Origin: Octopus vulgaris
Lineage: Eukaryota
Length of the DNA: 64,000 bases
Assembly: GCA_951406725.2 (NCBI GenBank)
Contig: OX597816.1
Span: forward strand, 178,560,001 to 178,624,000
Direction of reading: 5' to 3'
The notes beneath the pieces were generated by a model, which worked only from the letters and a program-made list of their open reading frames with translations, had not been told where the DNA came from and did no database searches. Made by a program: the position numbers and the translations under genes. Position 1 is the stretch's first letter, and each line of letters starts with the position of its first letter. Positions 24,596 through 37,092 of this stretch are shown here, in pieces.

Positions 24596-27500
24596 CTTCA
24601 GGAAATAAAGCAAAAGTTGATTAATGTTGTAATAATGCAACAAAAGTCATAAAATTGATAAGGTATTGGATTGTGAATTATATCGGCTAAAACTCTCATT
24701 TTTGATCATCATGAAATCCAAAGTGGAATGTTTTTAATCTTGTATTCAATATTTTGAAAAGAATTTATGATTATCATTCAACGAACATATTTAACTTGCA
24801 TTATATGAGACTGTAAGGTGATTTAACTGCTTCTATAATAATGTCTTATTTTATAGCATCTTCTACTAATTACTAAGCAAGTGGAGGGAAGTTGTGGAAG
24901 AAGGAGACCTAGAAAGATATGAAAGGAAATTTTGAAAGCTGATCTCAAAAAGCTGAACCTTCTGAAGACGATAGGGGACTGAGATGTGTTGCACATTGTT
25001 TTACTTGAGAAGATTCACTCATCACAACAGAATTGGAGACACTAAAACCAAGGTGCCATGTAAAAAGCATTGGTGCTAGTGCCACTTAAAAAAGCACCAG
25101 TGATAGAGCTACATAAAAAGCACCCAGTACACTCTGTAGAGTGGTTGGTATGAGGGAGGGCATCCAGCCATAGAAACCAAACCAAAACAGACTATGGAAT
25201 TTGGTGTGGTCCCTGGCCTTACCAGCTCCTGTCAAGCCATCCAACCTATGTTGGCATGGAAGAGGGATGTTAAATGATGATGATGATGATGATGATGATG
25301 ATGGCAATGCTGAAGCAAGCATTCAGGACCCTTTTTGAGCATCCAAGACTAGTAGGGAAAATTAAGGAAGTTGTTCTCAGGCTGGAGTTCTTGCTTGAAT
25401 GATTACAACAAAGTGGACTCTGCTAATGGTACCCACGGTCTAGATGACCTGGTAATGCATTAAATGTGTGACTTAACAGGAATGGACTCCCCTACAGGCT
25501 TTCACATTTATCAAGTTGCACTTGTGAGTTTAGCATATTCTTAACCTCACGCCCATGCATTTGTTTAAGTAATCCTTAATACTGGTTCTAGAATATTTAT
25601 TTCTATCACAGTATATGCTTTTCCATGTTGTGGATGCAACTGCATCTTTTATTGTATCATTGCAATGCAACTGCTACCTAAAAGTTTAAATGCAATCTCT
25701 GATAAAGATATTTTATTTAATAAAAATAAATTTCACACGTTACCACAGATGAATATAAATATTAAGTCAGTTTTACCTGGTTCCTTAAAATCTCTGAATT
25801 TTAAGTTACACAACACAAAATGCATGATTACTGGGCAGTATGGGTCATCTGGATGACGGAAGATATATAATTCTTTCATTCCTTCTTTTTCAAAGACTGA
25901 AGTATCAATAGGAGGGAAAGGCAAGTTGTTTATTCGAGCCCACTTTTCTGCCAACAAAAGTTCCTGCAATAATTAAACCAGGTTTAGTGGTAATCTTCTT
26001 TGAACAGATTTAGAACAGATAGATAAAAAAAATCAAATTAGAGAGGTTCTAATATATTTAACATAAACTAAACTTTTTAAAATTGAATATTGAATGGCAG
26101 TATGGAAAATGAACATTAAATAATGGCAATGGATGATGATTATATAGTTCAAACATTAAATCCAACATTTGAAGCTTTATTGCATAAGAAATACTCCCAA
26201 TTCATGGGTGATATTTGTACTATTAAGATGGTTCTCAAGAAAATTCTTAGATTAGTCATACAGATTATACCTACTTTGAATGGTTCTGCAGCATCAGAGT
26301 CTCGTGCACTGAAGTCAAAAGATAATATGAGTTTTACACCTCGCTGGGGTCGTAGTATCAAAGGAAAAGGAGAGTTGAAAGTGAGACCAGCATCTACCAT
26401 GTATAAGCGTTTCTCTTTTGTATTTGCCATCTCAAAATTGCCATCAAATTCATCAGCTGTAAAATGGAATGAGAAATGTCAATCAGTAAATATTCTTATT
26501 AAAAGATTATTATTTTTGTATATGAGCTAATTTCCTGTGATTAACCTATCATTGCATTATGAATTGATTTGGAGTGCTGGTAAAAAGTTTCAAAATATCT
26601 TGTAATCCTGTATTTTAAAGTCACTTATGCTGGCCTTTTTCAGGCAAGTGTAGAGATGAAACCTCAACCAGGAAGAGGTTTCTCATGAGGGCTCAGAACA
26701 TCTCCTGGCATAAATACAAGACTAAAGAGGAGATTTATGGACATATTCCCTGCATCTTTAAAATTGTTGCTCAGCACAGGGTAGGCTTTACCAGTCACTG
26801 CTACCATGCTGAACAACAAGACGTATCAGACTTCTGAACTTTAATTGAAAACAAAGACCATACAGCTACCTTGATGTTATTGATAGAGACACACAATGTG
26901 AAATTGAAGACTTACTAAGGCTACGCAACGACTGAGATTCTTGGCATGGCTTTGGAAAATCGATCTTGGTTTCAGCCACTTGAAAAAGAAGAAATTATCA
27001 TAAAGTTTTAGCTAAAAATATTCTCAAGATGGATATTTGTGAGGAAGGGCTTTGAATCTTCTAATTCCATATTATAGAACAACTGTTATACAGTGAAGGG
27101 AATGAGTATTAAGAAGTAGGAATGAACTAAGGTCTGTGAGACTGAGATTAGGAAGGTAGGATTAGGCATCATAAGTCACTCCTGAATACTCCACAATTTC
27201 CATCACTGCTGTTATAGTCCTAAAATCGAACTGTGTTTTTTAACTTGTTTCTTCACTGACTTTGACAGCAGTCTTAGCTCCTATAAAATTGCTTATTCTT
27301 TCTTATACTCTGAGGTTAAAGCTCACAGAGTGGGACCACAGAACTTAGCTACTTTTGATGACTCAAGATAATGGATCGAGAAAAGCAACTCTCAAACCTT
27401 TCTTTGCTAGAAATTCTACAAGACCATAGGGTTGTCTTTTCTTGGATTAGGATATGCTTTCTGCATCGATATGTGTGTGTGTGTGTGTGGTTGCTTGTGT

Positions 27501-30500
27501 ATGTTGTGTGTTTGTACATCTGGTATTATCTGCATAGTGATAAACCAAATTATCTCCCTGGTCTTTTATGCATGAAGCTTAGAATGAATGGGTTTTTAAA
27601 CTATGACATACATGCCAGAATTGATACAAAAAAAGTATCGAGTGATAGACCTAACATGTCTCCCTTGTTAAAACACAATCACCAACTGGCCTTTGGGAGC
27701 CCTTAGAACTGCTCACTCAGTTGAAAACATTTATACATTCAGAGCAGGCCTCCAGTCTTGATGACTATGCTCTCCCTTTTAGAGTGTTGCCATTAGTTAC
27801 AGGTTACAGGTAGAAGAAGTTGTCTTGCTGATATCTGTTCCTAGTCATAACAGCAACTCAGATCCTGATTATGAGTTGCAGATTCTTCTTCACTTTCTAC
27901 AACTAATCTCAAAGATCCTGTAAAAGTCATCCTGCTCCCCTCCTTCCTTCTTCTAAACCATAAAATCAAATAAACATTATACCCCCCCCCCCTCAGATCA
28001 TCATTTTAAAAATTTTGTTTTGGGGATTTAGGTTATAATATTATAAGTACCAGAAGCTCAAAAGAAGCTCTTCTGTCCGTTATATTCCCTTTCATCCGTA
28101 CACAGGGTGTTTGGGTTACATTTGGCAGTTTGCATAAAAGGAAAAGAAAATACAATATCCCATCCAAAAATAAAAGAATTTTAAAAAATCAAAAAATATC
28201 AACTTGGTTATTGCTGGGAGATAACAGTTTACTCAAAGGAGCTGCCCTCAGCTTCCACCATGGCCTTAAAACAGCCCTGGAACCTAGTGCATATGTTCCA
28301 GGGATGATCTTCAGACATCTTGATCTTGGCCACTAGCCTGGCCTTGGTGTTTCAGGCAGAGTGGTTGGTGTCTTGCTCAATGGCACTCCACACATGGCAC
28401 TCCACACATGGGATTACAATTGATGGAATTAGGAGTCTCCAACAACCACTTTTGATGTTTTTCTGTGGCAGCAGGATTTGGTATGGAGCAAAATCCTGCC
28501 ATGGTTTGACCACAGTCTCCAGCAGCTTCACATAGCAGTCTGAATTGAACCTAAGGCACTGTCAGAATACTTGTTGCGTCCCTTCCTGCTGACCACAGCT
28601 ACACATTTTACATTGTAACTGACCATGTCATGCTTTACAGCTTTTACTGTGTTTTCAGGGCATTGAGCAGCAGTTGTGATGTTAGCACTTTGATACCCGT
28701 ACAAATCATCACAATAAGAGTAACTCTTTTCCAATATTCAGATGGCTTCTAGTCCTCCATGTCAGCTAAGTTTTTCTCAACTACAACTTTCATCTTTATG
28801 CTCTTCAATACTGTTGACTCTTCATCAACACATCAAGCTGCTTTTGAGAAAATGAGATATGAATAATCACCAAATTTAACCTGAACATCCCGTGAGGATT
28901 GAAAATAAAACAAAATACTCTAATGATAGTAATGGCCTCATACAGCTGGTACTTCCTGGTGGTCCTTACTCAATTACCTCTGAAATCTTTCTCAGGTAGA
29001 CAGATAGACAAGCAGCTGGTTAACATCTAGTTAGTTAGATTGATATATAAACAGATATGGTAGGACATCACATGACTTTGAAAGGTCTCTGTGTTATTTA
29101 TAAACAGAATCTATGCCAGCTCCAACTCATGCCAGTATGGAACATGGACATTAAGTGATGCTGAAGAAGCCAGCCAGTTGTAAGCATGTGGCGCATGATA
29201 AATTACAATTAGGTTATTCCTAGAGTTTATTTTTAATTATATATTTATAGATGTCCTATTTTACAGAACTACACTTTATAAACTAAAAGAGTGTGGAGAA
29301 ACAAGAGCTTTACTTACTTTTATCATCAACGATAGAAGGTGTGAATGGTGACAATGGATAACTTTTGTTGAGGAATAAACCCCGCATTGGATTATGCACA
29401 ACACCAGCTCTTCCAGCTCGTGTACTCAACACTTCCCAATTCTTACTAGAAAATAAAATTTCAGACATGAAAAGATTTATTTATATTTCATTTATTTTTT
29501 GTGTATTTTCTGTATTTGATGAAGACAATTATTTAATATGAGTTAGCAACAATTAAAAATAGACTAAAAATTCAATGATCACAGAAACATAGTTTTTTTC
29601 TTGGTTGAGATGAGAACTATTATTTAGTTTGAGGTAGAGGATCAATGCACATAGCCCCTGCAAGATCTCCTGGACTAATGGAGGCTACGCAGTTGACCTT
29701 CAATTTGAATGTCAGCAGAAGACTGATGTATGAAGAATAAATGAAGTGAACCTCTTGGATAATGTAGTCCGAAATATACTCTGATGCTTGAAAGCAAAAG
29801 ATGGGATGGCTGCTAGAAAAACATTTTTGGTCACAGATCTAAACAATAACATCATCATCTGGTCATGTTGCCTTTACCGATTCCTTTCTGTCAACACCCA
29901 ATTCTATTATTTGTCTTTGAATTGGGAGCTTGAGTCATAACGAATCTTTCATTAGTTGATTACACAACAATGAGTTCCATCTCTATGGAAATGTTGCAGT
30001 TACTCTCTTGAAAGAGTTTGCAGATTCTGACCAGGAATCCTCCACTCAGCATCAATTTAAGGCGCATAATTGGCTCTTCTGCCACCTCTTCACAATCTGT
30101 CATGTTGCAGTCTTATGACTTCTCCATAAACCTGGTAAGGTGGCTGAATGGGTGCTGTGCTTTGCAAAAGGGCAGCCTATAACTATGTAGGGCACAGTCT
30201 TGGTGGAGGCGCAATGGCCCAGTGGTTAGGGCAGCGGACTCGCGGTCATAGGATCGCGGTTTCGATTCCCAGACCGGGCGTTGTGAGTGTTTATTGAGCG
30301 AAAATACCTAAAAGCTCCACGAGGCTCCGGCAGGGGATGGTGGTGATCCCTGCTGTACTCTTTCACCACAACTTTCTCTCACTCTTACTTCCTGTTTCTG
30401 TTGTACCTGTATTTCAAAGGGCCGGCCTTGTCACTCTCTGTGTCACGCTGAATATCCCCGAGATATTAAGGGTACACGTGTCTGTGCAGTGCTCAGCGAC

Positions 30501-31743
30501 TTACACTTTAATTTCACGAGCAGGCTGTTCCGTTGATTCGGATCAACCGGAACCCTCATTGTCGTAACCGACGGAATGCTTCCAGGGCACAGTCTATGTT
30601 GTTTATGAGTTTGCAGCTATTTTCAAAATACCTGCTTACTCATAAACAACAACATAGACAGGTGATAGTTCCAGAGAATCACAATTATTAGGAAGAAAGA
30701 TTTGGATTAGTGTGCAATTTTGATGAAGATGTCACATAACATGCGTGATGGGCAAAGGAACCGAATGGAATTCGGAGGAGCAATACTCAGAGGCCATAGT
30801 TGAGGCAATACTTTTTAAGAGGTATTGAAAAAGGCTAATGAAAGTTTGATAAGAAAAGAAAAGTCATGTCTTCAGACATTTCAAATGTGTTTTTTTTTAT
30901 CACAACAACCAAAAGAAGGAAATTGATTGTTTTGCTAAAGGAAGGCAAAAAAGATAACAGTTGTATACAAGTGTCATTGACATGGAAGAGGTGTTCTTTG
31001 TGTTACATATTCATATGTATGTGTTTGCGTATGCCAAACCACATCCCCACTCTTGGCACTATTTGTTAGTGAACAGTATAAACTGTGTGTAAAGTATATA
31101 ATGTATCACTACGCTGTAATGTGGTCGTTCGTGTATCAAGTAATGAAAATAAACACGTAAACAATAACAATGGTTTTCAACTGGTTGTCTTTCCCATTAG
31201 AACCCAAACACACACATAACACTTTGTTTCCAATATTCCAGGTAATCATATCAAGGTATGCTGAACTATTACTTTACTTAGAAACAGGTGAAGCTTAGTG
31301 ATGGGAATGGCATCCAGTTATACAAAAGGTCTAATCCATGGAAAAGTGGATGTATCATATATTTTCAACTGGGACATTACAACTGTATCTGATTGTTCAA
31401 GGGATTCAGGGACATGCACTGAAGTTCCAATGAAGCTATAGGGTGACACTCAAGCATACAACTCTGAGTGCATTGCATCTTATAGCAGAAACAGCTGTAA
31501 GCTAATGGAGTTCATAACATAGTTGTTTATTTGTTTGTCATTCATACTTCTTATTCGTTCAGAAGCAATATGTACATTGAGTTCTAACACCGGGCTATTG
31601 GTATCATTATGCCAAAGCAAGATAACAAAATACACACACATATATATATATTGTGGGATTCTTTCAGTTTCCATCTACCAAATCTACTCACAAGGTCTTG
31701 GCCAGCCCTGACTATTGTAGTGAGCATAGAAACACAGATGTTT

Positions 31744-31786
<43 letters not shown>

Positions 31787-34700
31787 TCATCAGCATCATC
31801 ATCATTTAGCGTCCGTTTTCCATGCTGGCATGGGTTGGACGGTTCTACTGGGGTCTGTGAAGCCAGAAGGCTTCATCAGGCCCAGTCAAATCTGGCAGTG
31901 TTTCTACGGCTGGATGCCCTTCTTAACGCCAACCACTCCGTGAGTGTAGTGGGTGCTTTTTACGTGCCACCCGCACAGGTGCCAGACAGAGCTGGCAAAC
32001 GGCCACGAACGGATGGTGCTTTTTATGTGCCACCGGCACGAGGGCCAGGCGAGGCTGGCAACGGACACGAAACGGGGCGGTGCTGGCAACGGTCGCGAAA
32101 CGGAAGGTTCTCTTACATGCCACCGGCACTGGTAACACATATATATATATATATATTATATAGATGATAATATTTTCAACCAAGACGTTACAACCGTATC
32201 TGATTTTTCAAGTGCTTCAATTCTGTGTGTGTACATATATTTTACTTGACTGACACTCATTCTATCAAACTCTTAAGGATTGAAGTGAACCTTGGTGGAA
32301 TTTGAACTCAGAACATAAAGGAAAGCAAGCTGCTCAACTGGTTCTGCCAAATAATAATGACTTAAAGAACATACTTACTTCTCAAGTAATCCCCTTAACA
32401 TTTGGGTCCAGAATCCCTCAGAACCTGAAGCTTTTTTCTCGCTATCAGATCCATCTTTACTTGAAGCATCTCCTTCATTTGATCCTCTTCTGACTGAAAT
32501 GTCATTAGGATCTATGTTATTAAGGGCGTTGATTCCAGTTTCAACAGAATTTTTTGGGATGCCTTCATTTGATTTTCTGGAACTCAAATGATGTTGCATC
32601 ACTACACTTCTTCTCTTTAGTGTCTCCTCTTGTTTAATCTCTTCCTCATCATCTGATGAATCAGAGTTAGTATCCAGTTGCTGCTTGTCTAATTCCATTT
32701 CTGTTAAATAAAATAAATAAAATTGTTTTCAGAAACTTGGGTGGGGACGTAGGTAGGTAGATAGGAAGGTAGATAGGTGAATATATAGTTAGATAGATCA
32801 AATGATATATAGTTGGAGAAATGGACAGATTGATAGATAGATAAAGTAACAATTCCATACAAATTACCATTAGAAGTTGTAACTAACAAATAACAAAATC
32901 ATTCAGAAATGAAAGAAAGTTGTATACTCACGTATATCATGCCGGATCATTCCAACTGGATCCTTTCTTGATTTGTCTTCCAGTAATCTTTTGAACAAGA
33001 TGCAAAAGGCACTTCCCCAAATACCTGTAGATAGTGGTTACATTTATATAACTTAGATTATTTCTTAATAAGTTTTTTAGAAGCTGAGATGGTAAACACC
33101 TTTCACCTGCAACGTATTTTTCATATTTCAGCATTACAAATGATGAAAATAGTCAAAGAAATTTTTTAGATTTTTCCATACTATGAGATTTAACTACCAA
33201 TTTAAAGTGGACTTGAAGATGAAGGTTGATTAAATTAATAGATTTTATTCATTTTCTAGTATGATTTAGTAAGAGTAGGATTGGCAGTGCCTATGTCCTT
33301 TTTGCAAAGGCCTACAAGAGTGGTCACAGGATCTTTTATCATTTACTTGTTTCAGTTATTAGACTGTGGCCATACTGGTGCACAGTTTGAAGAATTCTAG
33401 TCAAATGGATCAACCCTGGAACTTATTTTTTTCTAAATCTGAAACTTATTCTGCCAGTCTCTTTTGCTGAACCACTAAGTTATGGGAATGTAACACATCA
33501 ACACTGGTTGTTAGTTTCCATCTGTCAAATCCAATGATAAGGCTTTGGTTGGCCTGAGTCTATAATAGAAGGTGTCACTCAGTGGGACTGAATCCAGAAC
33601 TTACCACCTCGTGGGACTTTTTCTGAGGCCAAGGCCCTGAACTGAATATTTCTAACAGAGTGGACTCCACTAAAGACATCCAACAGTCAGGCTTTAGACA
33701 TAAGCTGAGTAAGTTACAGCTTAGAATCCCACAATCTATAGGAGCCTCAAAATAATTAAAGGGTGCCCTTACACTTTTTGTGAGATTTCTTTGTATAATT
33801 TTTTTAAGCAAGAGGCTTCCTAGCTTTATAAAGCTTAAGACCTAACCAAGTCTAAATCTGGCACTTGTCAGGGAAGAGCATTAAACTGGATTAAGCCTAT
33901 AATGCATGTGGAACAAGTGAATCTAAAGACAGTTCTCGGTGACACAGTATTTCAAATAATAATAAATTAATGCTTATGAAAACAAAAATTAAGTAAATCA
34001 TGATACAAAAGATTATCTCAAAAACCTTAGTCACTTAATGGTTCACAAATCATCATCATCATCATCATCATTTAGCGTCCGCTTTCCATGCTAGCATGGG
34101 TTGGACGGTTTAACTGGGGTCTGTGAAGCCAGAAGGCTGCATCAGGCCCAGTCTGATCTGGCAGTGTTTCTACGGCTGGATGCCCTTCCTAACGCCAACC
34201 ACTCCGTGAGTGTAGTGGGTGCTTTTTACGTGCTTATGACACAAATGTGTTAAATTAAAAGGTTTTAGGAAATTTTTGAGACCCACAGGCTTGTAAACCT
34301 GAAATTATTTCTAAAGAACAAGATATCTTGATGTCTTAGGGTGGAACCAAATAAAGATATGTAAGAGAAATGGGAGACAGACCATATTTATAAAGTGCCA
34401 GAACTGATTTCAATTAATAATTTCATCTTCCCCCATTTTTTATTTTACAGAGACAAGATAGTAGATAGGAACCTACACCATACAAGAATGAACAATAATT
34501 ATCTTGTACTACCTATTAACAGTTAGGTGGGGTGAGATTTTTAAAAGCTCAGTGTCTTGTTCACAAACATAGAGCAGTACTAATTAGGTGTTAATTTCTG
34601 CCCTTTATCAGCTACTAATTTCACTGATTGATCAAAGATGACTGATGCATTGTATTGTCTGGGAATACAACACAGCAACAGTGACATAACATAGCAGGGG

Positions 34701-36017
34701 ATTTTCTGGAGGTGCACTAGACCAGAAATGCATTTATATTATTATCAAAGAAGGCTATGGAAACAGCTTGTTTTCTTTTATTTTTTTTTTTTTTTTAAAC
34801 GTCACCTGTTGTAATGAAAGAATCATTACTTATTTAACAATAGAAAACTGATATGTGCTCTGATTGACACAGCATACAGTGAAAGAGCTAAAATATTTTT
34901 AGTTAGGCTGAATATGGGCAATTAGGCAATTATTTACGTAAACTATATTACAATGAATGAGTCATTTAGGAAGGTGCAAACTTCTACTATTTAAAATGCC
35001 ACACCTTGGGAAACTTGTATTTTTTTACTAAGTAAAAGAATCTCACTAAATTTGTTTTGGTATAAACATTGATTGAAGTTACTGCAATACTTGTGCTGTG
35101 GTTAACAAAATTAATCCAAACAAAGGTTTTAATTCCAAACTTAAGAGAGAACACTAAATTTAATCCAATGCTCTACCATTTCTGTTGTTCTATTGCCCTT
35201 AAATATACTGAATAATCTGGCTAATATTGGTAACATGGCATGACAATGTAATTATCAATTCCTGAATGTCTTACCTTGAAGATAGTGCAATGGTGGTTCT
35301 GGGTGTTCACGACACATTTTACCCATAAAAAACTTAGAACCAAAATGTTCAACCTTCATGTACGTTCCATATTTTGGGATGCCAATTTCATATGGTGTAA
35401 ACTCAATCCATTCTGAAAATCAAATGAAAATAATAATAATTATTTCAAAATAATAAGGGCTTTTGATTTAGGCATAAGGCCAGCAATTTTGAAGTGGGTT
35501 AACTGATAACAGTATTGGACTGGTACATTATTTTATTGACTCCAGAGAGATGAAAGGTAAAGTTGACCTCTATTGAGATTTGAACTCAGTCTAGGATATT
35601 ACGGTTGCATTTTACTGTGATTTCCATAGGGTCATTCCACCAGTACTCTTTCATATTATGAGTGGCTATGGTCTCTACTGCACAGTATGTTCTTATATCT
35701 TTGGTTCTAGAATTATCCTTCCCACAAATCACATTGTATAGTGTCTTAGCCAATCTCATCAGTAGATAATAAGGTGATGACATTTCCAGACAACTTATTA
35801 TATAGGTGGTATCTTTGGTGTTAATGCTACAAAGCTTGCATGTTAACACATTTTAGTGTTTTTCATTCCCTTCAAAGTGAGAGTTAGCAATCTGGTTGTT
35901 GGTCCATGATAGACTGCTTTGAGGATCAATGTTACTGTCATCCAAGAGCTTTCCTTCTGCTAACACAATCATGCATGGTCTTCTGCTGATATGCACTCAT
36001 CCTTTCATCTGATGATA

Positions 36018-36052
<35 letters not shown>

Positions 36053-36148
36053 ATGTATGTATGTATGTGTGTATGTGTGTATGTGTGTATGTGTGTAGAG
36101 TATGTGCATATGTGAGTGTGTCTGTGTGTATATCTATATCTATATCTA

Positions 36149-36227
<79 letters not shown>

Positions 36228-36587
36228 ATATATATATATATATATATCATCATCATCGTCGTTTAACGTCCGTTCTCCATGCTAGATGTTGAGTGACCTG
36301 GGAAGCGAAGGCTGCACCAGGCTCAGTCTATTGGCAATGTTTCTACAGTTGGATGCCTTCCTAACGCCACCACTCCGTGAGTGTAGTGGGTGCTTTTGTG
36401 CCACCTGCACAGGTGCCAGGCGGGGCTGCACGGCCACGGTCGTTGGTGTTTTGTACGCACGAGGTCGGCGGTGCTGGCATCGGCCACAGTCGGATATGCT
36501 TTCTACACAGACGGATCCTGGCTGGTTCTCGACGATTTCGCTTGCCCCAACATGTCTTACAAGCAAGGGGTTGCAGGGTGCCTGTCG

Positions 36588-36619
<32 letters not shown>

Positions 36620-37028
36620 AAGGGGTTGGCATGGGTGCCTGTCGTATCTATTTCGTAGTCGGATAGTGCTTCTCCACAGGCCAGGATCCTGCTGGTTATT
36701 GTTCGATTTATTTCGCTGCCCCAACATGTCTTCGCAAGCATGGGGTTATGGGTGTCTGTCGTCGGATGAGGTTCTATCGACTTCGCTGCCTCAACGCTTT
36801 GTGTCCAGGAGAAAGGCATTATATATATATCATATATATATATATATATAGTTCTAACATTATAAAAATCAAGTCTGTTTTATAGAATATATGTAAATAT
36901 ATAAATATAAAGCAGTTTGAATGTGAAATAATTAAAGAATTACTTATTTTTTCTACCGTCTATAGTATTTGAAACCTCATATTAACTTTTTGAAAGTATG
37001 ACTTTTAAATGGTCCAAGAGAGCAGACT

Positions 37029-37092
<64 letters not shown>

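Noticed and set aside
26123-26530. 135-aa plus-strand ORF
   Set aside because: Antisense shadow of the cPLA2 exon at 26275-26456.
30337-30567. Recurrent [21 protein letters not shown] (also at 38199-38402 and 53513-53761)
   Set aside because: Chance ORF inside three copies of the same SINE.
30835-30885. Further hammerhead-like CTGAAGA on the minus strand
   Set aside because: No GAAA and no credible stem II; too degenerate to support.
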